A program made the translations under genes and the position numbers. Positions 27,377 to 36,514 of a stretch of 64,000 nt of DNA are shown piece by piece. The notes below the pieces were generated by a model. The model was given only the letters and a program-made list of their open reading frames with translations, was not told where the DNA came from and searched no databases. Source of the DNA: Devosia sp. (GTDB taxonomy: Bacteria; Pseudomonadota; Alphaproteobacteria; Rhizobiales; Devosiaceae); NCBI GenBank assembly GCA_040081185.1, contig JBEBHC010000002.1, forward strand, positions 1,693 to 65,692, read 5' to 3'. Each line of letters starts with the position of its first letter. Positions within the stretch are counted from its first letter, which is position 1.

Positions 27377-28282
27377 ATGGCACCCAGAGCCAGTTGGAAA
27401 GGTTACATCAAGCTGAGTCTCGTGAGTTGCCCGGTGCGGCTCTATCCGGCCGTCAGTGGCTCGGAGCGTATCAGCTTCAACCAGCTCCACAAGGACACGC
27501 ACAACCGGATCAACATGAAGCCGGTGGATCCCGAACTGGGCCTCGTCGAGCGCTCGGACCTCGTGCGCGGCTACGAGTATGAGGACAAGCAGTACATCAT
27601 CATCGAGGATGAAGACCTCGACGCGGTCCGCATCGAAGCGAACCACACACTCAACATCGAGGCCTTCGTCGATGAAGCCGACATCGACGTGATCTACCAG
27701 GACTCGCCCTACTATCTCGCGCCCGACGGCAAGATGGCGGAGGAGACCTTTGCCGTGCTGCGCGACGCCATGCGGGCTGCCGGCAAGGTGGCGATCGCCC
27801 GCCTGGTGATGGCGAGCCGCGAGCGCGTCGTGACCATCGGGGCGCGCGACAAGGGCATGTTTGTCACCACGCTGCGCGACCCACGCGAGGTGCGTGCGAC
27901 CAGCACCTATTTCGACGAGATCCCCGAGATCAAGGCCGATCCCGAAATGCTGCAGCTAGCCGAAAAGCTGATCGAGCAGAAGGTCACCAAGTTCGACCCC
28001 AAGCAGTACGAGGATCGCTACGAGACGGCGCTGATGGAGATGATCAAGCAGAAGCTCAAGGGACACAAGCCCATCATCGCGGCAGCACCCGAGCGCGGCA
28101 ACGTCATCAATCTCATGGATGCGCTCAAGGCCAGCCTCGGCCAGGCCAAACCCGCCGCACCAAGCAAGTCCAAGGGTGAGCCGGCGGAGAAGAAGACGAC
28201 CGCCAAGCCCTCGCTCAAGCAGGCCGTCGCCGCATCGAAAGCCGCATCGGCAAAGGCTCCGGCCAAAAAGAAGGCGGGCTAA
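27377..28282 (+). CDS. ku: NHEJ protein Ku, copy 1
   Basis: RASWKGYIKLSLVSCPVRLYPA, ISFNQLH, VRGYEYE, NVINLMDALKASL, K/A-rich tail. Confidence 0.95.
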   Translation: MAPRASWKGYIKLSLVSCPVRLYPAVSGSERISFNQLHKDTHNRINMKPVDPELGLVERSDLVRGYEYEDKQYIIIEDEDLDAVRIEANHTLNIEAFVDEADIDVIYQDSPYYLAPDGKMAEETFAVLRDAMRAAGKVAIARLVMASRERVVTIGARDKGMFVTTLRDPREVRATSTYFDEIPEIKADPEMLQLAEKLIEQKVTKFDPKQYEDRYETALMEMIKQKLKGHKPIIAAAPERGNVINLMDALKASLGQAKPAAPSKSKGEPAEKKTTAKPSLKQAVAASKAASAKAPAKKKAG

Positions 28283-28288
28283 GCCTCA

Positions 28289-29368
28289 ATGGCTCCTGCC
28301 ACGCCCAGCATCGGCATTGTGGGAGCGCTGCGCGCGTTTCCACAGCGCCTGGCTGCACGAGCGGTGGCAACACGCGGCGGCAGGCTTCGGCGCGGTATAA
28401 CGCGCCAGACCAGGCGGGTCGTGCTCGGTCGCAAGCTGCTCGACAAGCTGAGCGAAGCCGAGATCGAAGCGCGCATCGACGCGCTGCACGATGCCGGACT
28501 GCAGCTAATCAGCGAGAACGGCTTCCTGCGCTGGCTGCACCTGATGGAGACGCCCGAGCGTTCCGCCATGTCGCGCCAGTCGCTGCTCGACCAGAGCAAA
28601 CTCGGAGCCGACACGTTCGATCGCCTCGCTCTCTTCGATGCCTTCGAGCACGACGCTGAGCCCTTCTCCTTCCGGGACCTGATCCTTGCCAAGAAATATG
28701 CCGGCCTCATCGCCGGCGGCGCCAGCTGGGGTGCCGTGGTCCGCTCGGTCCACAATGCCGGCCCGGTGTCGTCGCTGACCGCGCTGTCATTGCATCCGGG
28801 TGGCCCGCAGAAGATCTACGCTGCCGAAGGCGAGCATCGCAGCGAACTCGACGGCCAGCGCCTCTTGCCTCTCGAGCCGGTGGACGACGACAGCGAGCAG
28901 TACTTCACGCTCGCCGAGGATGCGGAGATGGCCGGGCTTTTGGCCGAGGCGACCGTGCTCTACGCCCGCTGCCTGTCGCTCGACCCCTCGGACTCCATGG
29001 CCGCCTATAACCGCGCCAATTGCTTCCGCACGCTCGGCGAAACCGACGAGGCGCAGGCCGCCTACGCCCTTGCGATAAAGATCGACCCGGCTTTCGTGGA
29101 AGCCTGGTTCAACTATGCCTGCCTGCTGAAGGACGAAGGACGCATCGGGGCGGCGCGCACCCATTTCCTCCGCGCCATCGCGATCGACCCGGCCTATGCG
29201 GATGCCGTTTACAATCTTGCGACGCTCGAATTCGACGCCCGGAATTTCCCGGACGCACGGCAATGGTGGAGCCGCTATCTCGAACTTGACGCCGACAGCG
29301 AATGGGCGCGGACCGCCACGCGCGGCATCGCCTTCATCGATCTCAACGGCCGGAAGAGCGCCGGCTAG
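28289..29368 (+). CDS. TPR protein with N-terminal BRCT-like and MerR-like HTH regions
   Basis: four TPR-like repeats (AAYNRANC, AWFNYAC, AVYNLA); N-terminal segments resemble BRCT and MerR HTH by eye; 6 nt after ku. Confidence 0.75.
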   Translation: MAPATPSIGIVGALRAFPQRLAARAVATRGGRLRRGITRQTRRVVLGRKLLDKLSEAEIEARIDALHDAGLQLISENGFLRWLHLMETPERSAMSRQSLLDQSKLGADTFDRLALFDAFEHDAEPFSFRDLILAKKYAGLIAGGASWGAVVRSVHNAGPVSSLTALSLHPGGPQKIYAAEGEHRSELDGQRLLPLEPVDDDSEQYFTLAEDAEMAGLLAEATVLYARCLSLDPSDSMAAYNRANCFRTLGETDEAQAAYALAIKIDPAFVEAWFNYACLLKDEGRIGAARTHFLRAIAIDPAYADAVYNLATLEFDARNFPDARQWWSRYLELDADSEWARTATRGIAFIDLNGRKSAG

Positions 29369-29432
29369 CGGTTGATCGAGCGGCTGAAGCGCGCCAGAGC
29401 GTTACCGCTGGGACAGAGCACCAAGGAAAGAC

Positions 29433-30074
29433 ATGCCCACGAGTTTCATGTTCGACGGTCCGGAGGACGCACGCGTAACCGTCCTGCTTGCGCACGGCGC
29501 CGGTGCTCCGATGGACTCGGCCTCGATGAACGCCACCGCCAAGGCGCTCTCTTCAGCGGGCATGCGCGTCGCCCGCTTCGAGTTCGGCTACATGGCGGCG
29601 CGACGGGTGGGCGAGCGCAAGCCACCGCCAAAAGCGGAGAAGGTCATCCCCGAATATTTTGCCGCCATCGACGATCTCGGCCCGACCGACGGTCCTTTGA
29701 TCATCGGCGGCAAGTCAATGGGTGGCCGCGTCGCCAGCATGGCGGCGGATGCGCTGTTCGATGCAGGTCGCATCGCCGGTCTGCTCTGCCTCGGCTATCC
29801 GTTTCATCCGCCGGGCCGCCCCGAGCAGTTGCGCACCGCACATCTGCTGGGTCTCAGGACGCCCGCGTTGATCTGCCAGGGAACACGCGACGAGTTCGGC
29901 GACCGGCACGAAGTCGACGAATTCGGCCTTTCTGACGAGATCGAAGTCTCCTGGCTCGAGGACGGCGACCACGACCTGAAACCGCGCAAGGCGATCTCCG
30001 GCTTCACCACCGCGCAACACCTTCAGGCGGTGGCCGACAAGGTCGTCGAGTGGACGGGGCGCATCGCGCCGTAG
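29433..30074 (+). CDS. alpha/beta hydrolase (KANL3/Tex30-like)
   Basis: LLAHGAGAPMDS, GGKSMGGR nucleophile elbow, LGYPFHPPG, QGTRDEFG, GDHDL. Confidence 0.88.
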   Translation: MPTSFMFDGPEDARVTVLLAHGAGAPMDSASMNATAKALSSAGMRVARFEFGYMAARRVGERKPPPKAEKVIPEYFAAIDDLGPTDGPLIIGGKSMGGRVASMAADALFDAGRIAGLLCLGYPFHPPGRPEQLRTAHLLGLRTPALICQGTRDEFGDRHEVDEFGLSDEIEVSWLEDGDHDLKPRKAISGFTTAQHLQAVADKVVEWTGRIAP

Positions 30075-30076
30075 CG

Positions 30077-30850
30077 ATGAAGATCGCCACCTTCAACATC
30101 AACAACGTCAACCGCCGACTGCCCAACCTGCTGGCCTGGATGAAGCGCGCAAAGCCCGACGTCGTGTGTCTCCAGGAACTGAAGGCGACTGACCGGCAAT
30201 TTCCGCGCACGGCCATCGCCGATGCTGGCTACGGCGCCGTCTTCGTGGGTCAATCCGCATGGAACGGCGTCGCCATCCTCGCGCGAGGGGTCGATCCCGT
30301 GCTGACGGCAACGGCCCTTCCCGGCGACGATGAGGACGAACAGGCGCGCTACATCGAGGCGGCAGTCGATGGCATCGTCATCGCCTCGCTCTATGCGCCA
30401 AACGGCAATCCGCAGCCGGGCCCGAAGTTCAAATACAAACTAGCCTGGATGGAGCGGCTCCAGGCGCATGCGCAGGACCTTCTGGACAGCAAGCTGCCGG
30501 TGGTGCTCGCCGGTGACTATAACGTCGTTCCGGAGCCGCGCGACATCTACGTTACGACATCTTACCGCGACAATGCGCTGGTGCAGCCGGCACCACGCCA
30601 GGCCTTTGCCGACCTGCTCGCTCAAGGCTGGACCGACAGCCTGCGCAAGAAGCACCCGGACGACCCGGCGCTTTACACATTCTGGGACTACATGCGGAAC
30701 CGCTGGGAGCGGAACGGCGGCATGCGCCTCGACCATTTGCTACTGAGCAAGTCGGTAGCGCGTCGCCTGAAGGACGCCGGGGTCGATCGAGAGGTTCGTG
30801 GCGAAGAGGGGGCGAGTGACCACGCCCCCGTCTGGATCACGCTGAAATAA
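30077..30850 (+). CDS. xth: exodeoxyribonuclease III / AP endonuclease
   Basis: MKIATFNINN, LQELK, NGVAIL, YAPNGN, GDYN, RLDHLL, SDHAPV. Confidence 0.93.
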   Translation: MKIATFNINNVNRRLPNLLAWMKRAKPDVVCLQELKATDRQFPRTAIADAGYGAVFVGQSAWNGVAILARGVDPVLTATALPGDDEDEQARYIEAAVDGIVIASLYAPNGNPQPGPKFKYKLAWMERLQAHAQDLLDSKLPVVLAGDYNVVPEPRDIYVTTSYRDNALVQPAPRQAFADLLAQGWTDSLRKKHPDDPALYTFWDYMRNRWERNGGMRLDHLLLSKSVARRLKDAGVDREVRGEEGASDHAPVWITLK

Positions 30851-30855
30851 AAGGC

Positions 30856-32301
30856 TCAGCCGTGGTTCATCACCACGGTCTTGCTGCGGGTGAATTCTTC
30901 CAGAGCCTGGAAGCCCTTCTCGCGCCCATGCCCGCTTTTGCCGATGCCGCCGAACGGCAGCTCGATGCCGGCGCCCGCGCCGTAACAATTGACGAATATC
31001 TGCCCGGCGCGAATCCGTTTCGCCATTCGCATCTGCCGTCCGCCGTCGCGCGTCCACACCGCGCTGACAAGGCCGTACTCCGTATCGTTGGCGAGGCGCA
31101 CCGCATCTTCCTCGTCCTCGAAGGTCAGCGCCGCGAGCACAGGCCCGAAAACCTCTTCCTTCGCCAGCTCGCTGTTGCGCGCCACATCGGCAAACATCAT
31201 CGGCGGCACGTAGAAGCCGCCCGACGGCACACCTGCCTCGATCTTCCCTTCTGCGACCACCGCCGCTCCCGACGCCTTGGCGCGGTCGATGAAACCCTGC
31301 ACGCGATCGCGCTGCCGGGATGAGATGATGGGGCCAGCATCCTTGTTCATGGCAGGCGTGCCGACGCGCAGCGTGGCGAAGGCTTCACCGAGCTTTTTGA
31401 GGAAAGCGTCCTTTGCCTTTGCCTCGATCAGCACTCGGCTGCCCGCCGAGCAGGTCTGCCCGGTATTCTGGATGATGGCGCGGCAGATGACCGGTATGGC
31501 CGCGTCGAAATCGGCATCCGCGAACACCACATGGGCCGACTTGCCGCCGAGTTCGAGCGTGCAGTCAATGAAGTGATCGGCGCAGAGCTTCTGGACCTGC
31601 TGCCCCACGACCGGCGAGCCGGTGAACGAAACGAAATCGACGCCCTGGTGACTGACCAGCGCAGACCCTGCCGTCACACCGCGCCCGGTCACGACGTTGA
31701 TCGCGCCCTGGGGGAAGCCGGCTTCCATCGCGAGCTCTGCAAGGCGCAGCGTGCTGGCGCAGGCATCCTCGGCGGGCTTCAGCACAACCGCATTGCCCGT
31801 CGCGAGCGCGGGCGCCAGCGTGCGGCCGAACATCTGCAGCGGATAGTTCCACGGCAGGATGTGACCCGTCACACCGTGCGCTTCGCGCAGCGTCGCTACA
31901 AAGAAGCCGTTGAGATAAGGCACCGTCGTGCCGTGCAGCTTGTCGGCACCGCCGCCGTAGAACTCGAAATAGCGGATCAGCGCCGTTGCATCCGCCTTGG
32001 CCACATTGAGCGGCTTGCCGGTATCCTTGGCCTCGAGATTGGCGAGTTCTTCGGCGTGATCGGCGATCAGCGCCGAGAACTTGCTCAGCAACCGCCCGCG
32101 CTCGGTCGCCGTGAGCTTCCCCCAGGCGCCGGTCTCGAACGCAGCACGCGCGGCCCGCACCGCCTTGTCCACGTCGCCGGCGCTGCTGTCGGCGATACTG
32201 CCGAAGGTCTCGCCGGTGCTGGGGTCGATGCTCGGCAGGGTGGCGCCGGTTTCCGCCGGGGACCAGTCGCCATCGATGAAATTGGCTGCCGAACTATCCA
32301 T
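30856..32301 (-). CDS. aldehyde dehydrogenase
   Basis: PWNYP, KPAE, FTGS, LELGGKS, GQTCSAG, EEVFGPV, PFGG. Confidence 0.93.
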   Translation of the reverse strand: MDSSAANFIDGDWSPAETGATLPSIDPSTGETFGSIADSSAGDVDKAVRAARAAFETGAWGKLTATERGRLLSKFSALIADHAEELANLEAKDTGKPLNVAKADATALIRYFEFYGGGADKLHGTTVPYLNGFFVATLREAHGVTGHILPWNYPLQMFGRTLAPALATGNAVVLKPAEDACASTLRLAELAMEAGFPQGAINVVTGRGVTAGSALVSHQGVDFVSFTGSPVVGQQVQKLCADHFIDCTLELGGKSAHVVFADADFDAAIPVICRAIIQNTGQTCSAGSRVLIEAKAKDAFLKKLGEAFATLRVGTPAMNKDAGPIISSRQRDRVQGFIDRAKASGAAVVAEGKIEAGVPSGGFYVPPMMFADVARNSELAKEEVFGPVLAALTFEDEEDAVRLANDTEYGLVSAVWTRDGGRQMRMAKRIRAGQIFVNCYGAGAGIELPFGGIGKSGHGREKGFQALEEFTRSKTVVMNHG

Positions 32302-32466
32302 AGACTTCTCCTTCGCGGCTTTCCGCCGTCGCTTTTCGCCGCTGTTTTAGCCCAGCAGCGGGTGCCGCGTCACGGCTCAACCGGTCGCACCACTCGCCGG
32401 TGCAATCCTGCATCGGCGCTACGGGCATCGCGATTGCGCTAGTGCGCGCGGCCTGAGGTGAGAGGA

Positions 32467-32541
32467 TGGTGGGTGCGACAGGGATTGAACCTGTGACCCC
32501 CGCCGTGTGAAGGCGATGCTCTCCCGCTGAGCTACGCACCC
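32467..32541 (-). tRNA. tRNA-Val(CAC)
   Basis: GGGTGCGTAGCTCAGCGGGAGAGCA..anticodon loop TTCACAC..GGTTCAATCC..CACCCACCA, 75 nt with encoded CCA. Confidence 0.95.
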
Positions 32542-32581
32542 ATCCTGCCGGGACGCCGAAAGGCGTTGTATTCCAAGGAGA

Positions 32582-32656
32582 TGGTGGGTGTAACAGGGAT
32601 TGAACCTGTGACCCCTACCATGTCAAGGTAGTGCTCTCCCGCTGAGCTATACACCC
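32582..32656 (-). tRNA. tRNA-Val(GAC)
   Basis: GGGTGTATAGCTCAGCGGGAGAGCA..anticodon loop TTGACAT..GGTTCAATCC..CACCCACCA, 75 nt. Confidence 0.95.
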
Positions 32657-32743
32657 ATCGTCCTGGGACGCCGGGCAAGCCCGGCGCGGCGGATAGACCA
32701 TAAATTGCAGGGACGGGCAAGACCACCTTTGCCGCGCCCGGAG

Positions 32744-33103
32744 TCAGGCGGCCAACAGCCGTTCGACTTCGTTCACGAGGTCCTTGAGATGGAAGGGCTT
32801 GCTGAGCACGGAAGCATCGCGCGGCGCGTCGCTATCGGGGTTCAGCGCTACGGCGGCGAAGCCGGTGATGAACATCACCTTGAGGTCCGGATCAAGCTCA
32901 GTGGCGCGACGCGCCAGTTCGATCCCGTCCATTTCGGGCATCACGATATCGCTGAGCAGCAGCGAAAAAGGCTCCTCGCGCAGCCGCTCATAGGCCGACT
33001 TGCCATTATCGAAGGAAACGACGTCGTATCCGGCGTTCTTGAGCGCCCGCGTCAGGAACAGGCGCATGTCGTTATCGTCTTCTGCCAACAGAATCCGCTT
33101 CAT
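32744..33103 (-). CDS. cpdR: single-domain response regulator CpdR
   Basis: MKRILLAEDDNDMR..DIVMPEMDGIELARRATELDPDLKVMFITGFAAVALN..KPFHLKDLVNEVERLLAA. Confidence 0.93.
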   Translation of the reverse strand: MKRILLAEDDNDMRLFLTRALKNAGYDVVSFDNGKSAYERLREEPFSLLLSDIVMPEMDGIELARRATELDPDLKVMFITGFAAVALNPDSDAPRDASVLSKPFHLKDLVNEVERLLAA

Positions 33104-33270
33104 CGCCGCCACACGCCCCACCGCCCTGGAACTCAATCGCGGGATGTTTAATCGAGTTTTGCCCTTTGGCAACCGGGGAACCGCCGATCCCGCATCGGTG
33201 AGCGGCTGGACAAAGAGCCAACTCCGGTAGCAGGATTGGCGGTATCGTCGCTTTTTCAGCGGGTATTCGG

Positions 33271-34254
33271 GTGAGATCGGACTATTGGGACAGACCAGCC
33301 TTCGAGACGGTGCGGCCCCGCCGCCTCATGTCTCCGGCGGTGTTCAATTCCGCCCATTCCGGCCGCGACTATCCCGAGCGCTTTCTCACCATGACACGGC
33401 TCGACCAATTGTCGATCCGCCAGTCCGAAGACGCCTATGTCGATGATCTCTTCAGCCGCGCGCCCCATGCCGGTGCGCCGCTGCTCCGGGCGCATTTCCC
33501 GCGCGCCTATCTCGACGTGAATCGCGAACCGTGGGAGCTCGATCCCACCATGTTCACGGAGCCGCTGTCGGAGCGCTTCAACACCACCAGCCCGCGTGTC
33601 GCAGCGGGGATCGGCACGCTGGCCAAGGTGGTGGCCGAGAACAAGCCGATCTATCGCGAGCCGCTCACCCTCGAGGACGCGCAGATGCGCATCGAGGGCA
33701 TCTATCATCCCTACCATTCGACACTGCAGCGCCTGCTGACCGATGCCATCTCGAGCTTCGGCATCGCTGTGCTCGTCGATTGTCACTCGATGCCGCGCAT
33801 TGCGCGCAGCGGCGACCGTGCTGCGCCTGATATCGTGCTGGGCGACCGCTACGGCACCACCTGCGCCACCGGCATCGTCGATCTCGTCGAGATGATCTTT
33901 GCGGGCGCCGGCCTGCGTGTTGCCCGCAACCGCCCATATGCCGGCGGCTTCATCGCCCGGACCTATGGCCGCCCGCAGCATGGCGTCCACGCCTTGCAGG
34001 TCGAGATTTCCCGCCACCTCTACATGAACGAGGAAACGCTCGAGAAAACCGAGGGCTATGCCGCGATGCGCCAGATCATCGAGCGGTTGACGCTGGCCTT
34101 GATCGGGATCGATCTCGTTGCGCTGATCCGGGCTACCCCGTCACTCCCGCGCGCCGCAGAATCGGCGCCGCAAAGAAAATGGGCCGCGCATACGGGCGGC
34201 CCTAGTCAAGGGAGGAACGATGGTGGTTTGCAATCTGCCCAGAGAAGAGGCTGA
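33271..34254 (+). CDS. N-formylglutamate amidohydrolase
   Basis: NSAHSGRDYP, RAYLDVNREPWELD, YHPYH, DCHSM, DIVLGDRYG, NRPYAGG, HALQVEI; C-terminal ~30 aa may be an extension. Confidence 0.88.
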   Translation: MRSDYWDRPAFETVRPRRLMSPAVFNSAHSGRDYPERFLTMTRLDQLSIRQSEDAYVDDLFSRAPHAGAPLLRAHFPRAYLDVNREPWELDPTMFTEPLSERFNTTSPRVAAGIGTLAKVVAENKPIYREPLTLEDAQMRIEGIYHPYHSTLQRLLTDAISSFGIAVLVDCHSMPRIARSGDRAAPDIVLGDRYGTTCATGIVDLVEMIFAGAGLRVARNRPYAGGFIARTYGRPQHGVHALQVEISRHLYMNEETLEKTEGYAAMRQIIERLTLALIGIDLVALIRATPSLPRAAESAPQRKWAAHTGGPSQGRNDGGLQSAQRRG

Positions 34255-34275
34255 ACGCACAAACCGCCCATCCAT
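34172..34275 (-). ncRNA. mmgR: MmgR/suhB (alpha-r8) family small RNA
   Basis: minus-strand TTCCTCCCT core followed by GGGCCGC..GCGGCCC-ATTTTCTTT terminator; position between N-formylglutamate amidohydrolase and the suhB/hisN gene is the established synteny; 5' end approximate. Confidence 0.7.
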
Positions 34276-34447
34276 CATGCAATTTCAGGGGTGAACTGAT
34301 TTGACGCGGGTCACAAGGCGATGTGTCATCGTCAACAGGCGATCCAACTCGATTGTTGCATAAATGAATCACCGTGATGGTACGAGTGTGACTGGGCAAT
34401 GATGTTCCGGCTTCGGCCAGAACAATGATCTAAAAGGGATTTCTGAA

Positions 34448-35269
34448 ATGGTTGTGCAAGCCGGCGGCAAGGGCGGCCTCGCGGGTCTCGATAAACAGGC
34501 TGTGCGTAACACGCTGCTGGCCGCTGCCGACGCCGCTGCAATCCCGACGCTCAAGGGCTTTCGCACGCCCCTGGCTGTGGAAAACAAGTGGACCACCGGC
34601 TTCGACCCGGTGACTGAGTCGGACCGCGACGCCGAGATCGCCATCCGCGGCGTCATCGCCGAGCATTTCCCCGACCACGGCATTATCGGCGAGGAATGGG
34701 ACCCCAAAGCCAGCGCCGGCGCCTTCGACTGGATTGTCGACCCCATCGACGGCACCCGTGCCTTCATCTGCGGCGTCCCTGTATGGGGCACGCTGATCGG
34801 CCTGATGCACAATGGCCGGGCCGTGGCGGGCATGATGGCGCAGCCGTTCACCGGCGAGGCCTGGCTGGGCCTCGAGGGCGAGGCGACCTACCACCGCCAT
34901 GGCGAAAGCAGTCCTATCCGCGCCTCACAGGTCAAGCGGTTGAGCGAAGCCAAGATGAGCGCGACTTCGCCCGACCTGTTCGAGCTCAGCGGCACCACGG
35001 AGGTGTTCACGGCGCTGCGCAAAGCCGTGCTGCAATGCCGCTGGGGCCTCGATTGTTACGCCTACAGCCTGCTCGCTGCCGGCCAGTTCGATCTGGTGGT
35101 CGAGGCCGGCCTCAAGAATGTCGACATCGCCCCGCTCGTGCCGATCATCGAAGCCGCCGGCGGTATCGTCACGACCTGGACCGGCGAGGCGCCGGAGAAA
35201 GGCGGAAACATCGTCGCCGCCGCGACGCGCGAGTTGCACGAAGCGGCGATGGCTGTGTTGAACGGCTAA
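34448..35269 (+). CDS. hisN: histidinol-phosphatase (inositol monophosphatase family)
   Basis: FDPVTESDR, GEE, WIVDPIDGTRAFICGVPVWGTLIG, DCYAY, DIAP. Confidence 0.85.
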   Translation: MVVQAGGKGGLAGLDKQAVRNTLLAAADAAAIPTLKGFRTPLAVENKWTTGFDPVTESDRDAEIAIRGVIAEHFPDHGIIGEEWDPKASAGAFDWIVDPIDGTRAFICGVPVWGTLIGLMHNGRAVAGMMAQPFTGEAWLGLEGEATYHRHGESSPIRASQVKRLSEAKMSATSPDLFELSGTTEVFTALRKAVLQCRWGLDCYAYSLLAAGQFDLVVEAGLKNVDIAPLVPIIEAAGGIVTTWTGEAPEKGGNIVAAATRELHEAAMAVLNG

Positions 35270-36246
35270 GCGCTCTGGTCCGTCACGAACGCATCGAACG
35301 CAGCAAAGACCTGGCTGCGGATTTCGTCGTTTTCCATGAACAGCTCGTGTCGCGCGGTGGGGATCACTGCGTGGCGGCCGGTGCGCATACGCAGGCCGAG
35401 CTGCTCGATAGTCGAAGTGGACACCACTTCGTCACGCGCGGCTGCCAGCATCAGGACCGGCGCCTTGAGGGCGAGCGGGAAATCGTCGCGCCCGACGAGC
35501 GCCATCGCGCGCATCGATGTCGCGGCCCAGCGGATCGTCGGCTTGCCAACGATGAGGTCTGGGCGCGCCGCCCAGGTGTGAACCGTGCGCATGTAGCGGT
35601 TGAAATCCGAGGTCAGCGGATTGCCGCCGAAGGCTCTCTCGCTTGGCAATTCGTCGGCGCCACGCCCGACGGGCGTGTGCCCGAGGCCAATGAGCGACAG
35701 TGCATCGCCGATGCGTGCCATGCCGACCGGACCGAACGGCTGATGGTCGATCATCAACATCGGCGCCGACAGGAAAATCCGGTCGAACATCATGCGGTCG
35801 CGCAGGCCGGCAAGCAGTGCGACAAGCCCACCCATCGAATGGCCGACGAGATAGAACGGCGCCGGACAATCCGGCAGCAGCACGTTGGAGTGGAAGGCGC
35901 GGAGATCCGTCAGGTAGTCGTCGAAGCGATCGACATGGCCGAGGCGGGAGCCCGGTGCCGATCGCTGCGAACCGCCCTGCCCGCGGAAATCGAACGTCGC
36001 CACCGCAAAGCCGCGCTTCTGGAAGTCCGTGACTGTCTCGAAGTACTTCTCGACGAACTCCGTGCGGCCCTGCAGCAGGCAGACGGTGCCCTTCGCGGCC
36101 CCGGCGGTCTTGGGGAAAGTCGCATAGCGCAGGCGGATGGAATCGGGCGTCTTGAACCAGCCGGCGCGAACGCCCTCCGGTGCCGGGTTTGAGGGGAGGA
36201 CGGCAAGCCGCGGGCCATCGGGATCGACGATTGCATTCATGCCCAT
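35266..36246 (-). CDS. alpha/beta hydrolase (lysophospholipase L2-like)
   Basis: QGRTEFVEKYFE, DFRGQGGS, GHSMGG, ARHELFME. Confidence 0.88.
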   Translation of the reverse strand: MGMNAIVDPDGPRLAVLPSNPAPEGVRAGWFKTPDSIRLRYATFPKTAGAAKGTVCLLQGRTEFVEKYFETVTDFQKRGFAVATFDFRGQGGSQRSAPGSRLGHVDRFDDYLTDLRAFHSNVLLPDCPAPFYLVGHSMGGLVALLAGLRDRMMFDRIFLSAPMLMIDHQPFGPVGMARIGDALSLIGLGHTPVGRGADELPSERAFGGNPLTSDFNRYMRTVHTWAARPDLIVGKPTIRWAATSMRAMALVGRDDFPLALKAPVLMLAAARDEVVSTSTIEQLGLRMRTGRHAVIPTARHELFMENDEIRSQVFAAFDAFVTDQSA

Positions 36247-36289
36247 TCCCTAGCGGATTCCGCGGCGGCGCGAAACCGAGCCCCGGATG

Positions 36290-36405
36290 CGGAAAAGCCA
36301 GCGTCTCAGGAGAGACACTGGCTTTCCTCTGAATGTATCGCCGTGCGGGGGGCGGGTGACGGCGATCTATTCGTGTGTGCCTCTGCAGCAGACAGTCAGC
36401 ACAGT
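36290..36405 (-). ncRNA. candidate small RNA divergent from ibpA
   Basis: hairpin ATCGCCGT-[C-rich loop]-ACGGCGAT, then AAAGCCAG..CTGGCTTTT terminator-like stem; no ORF. Confidence 0.4.
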
Positions 36406-36481
36406 TGCGGTTTTAGGACCCAGTCCCTGAAGCCGCACTGAGGGGGACATTCAGATTCCGTTCATCGGCCGGGTCCGGCCT

Positions 36482-36509
36482 CTTGAAGCCCCGAAATTCG
36501 CCCCTATCT
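36482..36509 (+). promoter_or_regulatory. RpoH (sigma32)-type promoter
   Basis: CTTGAA-N15-CCTATCT upstream of hsp20. Confidence 0.7.
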
Positions 36510-36514
36510 CAAAC

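Noticed and set aside
14500-32467. tRNA-Val-anchored genomic island
   Set aside because: No integrase and no repeat of the tRNA 3' end spotted by eye; composition similar to the flanks
33140-33165. CtrA box upstream of cpdR
   Set aside because: Only one good TTAA half-site; plausible from known biology but too weak to call
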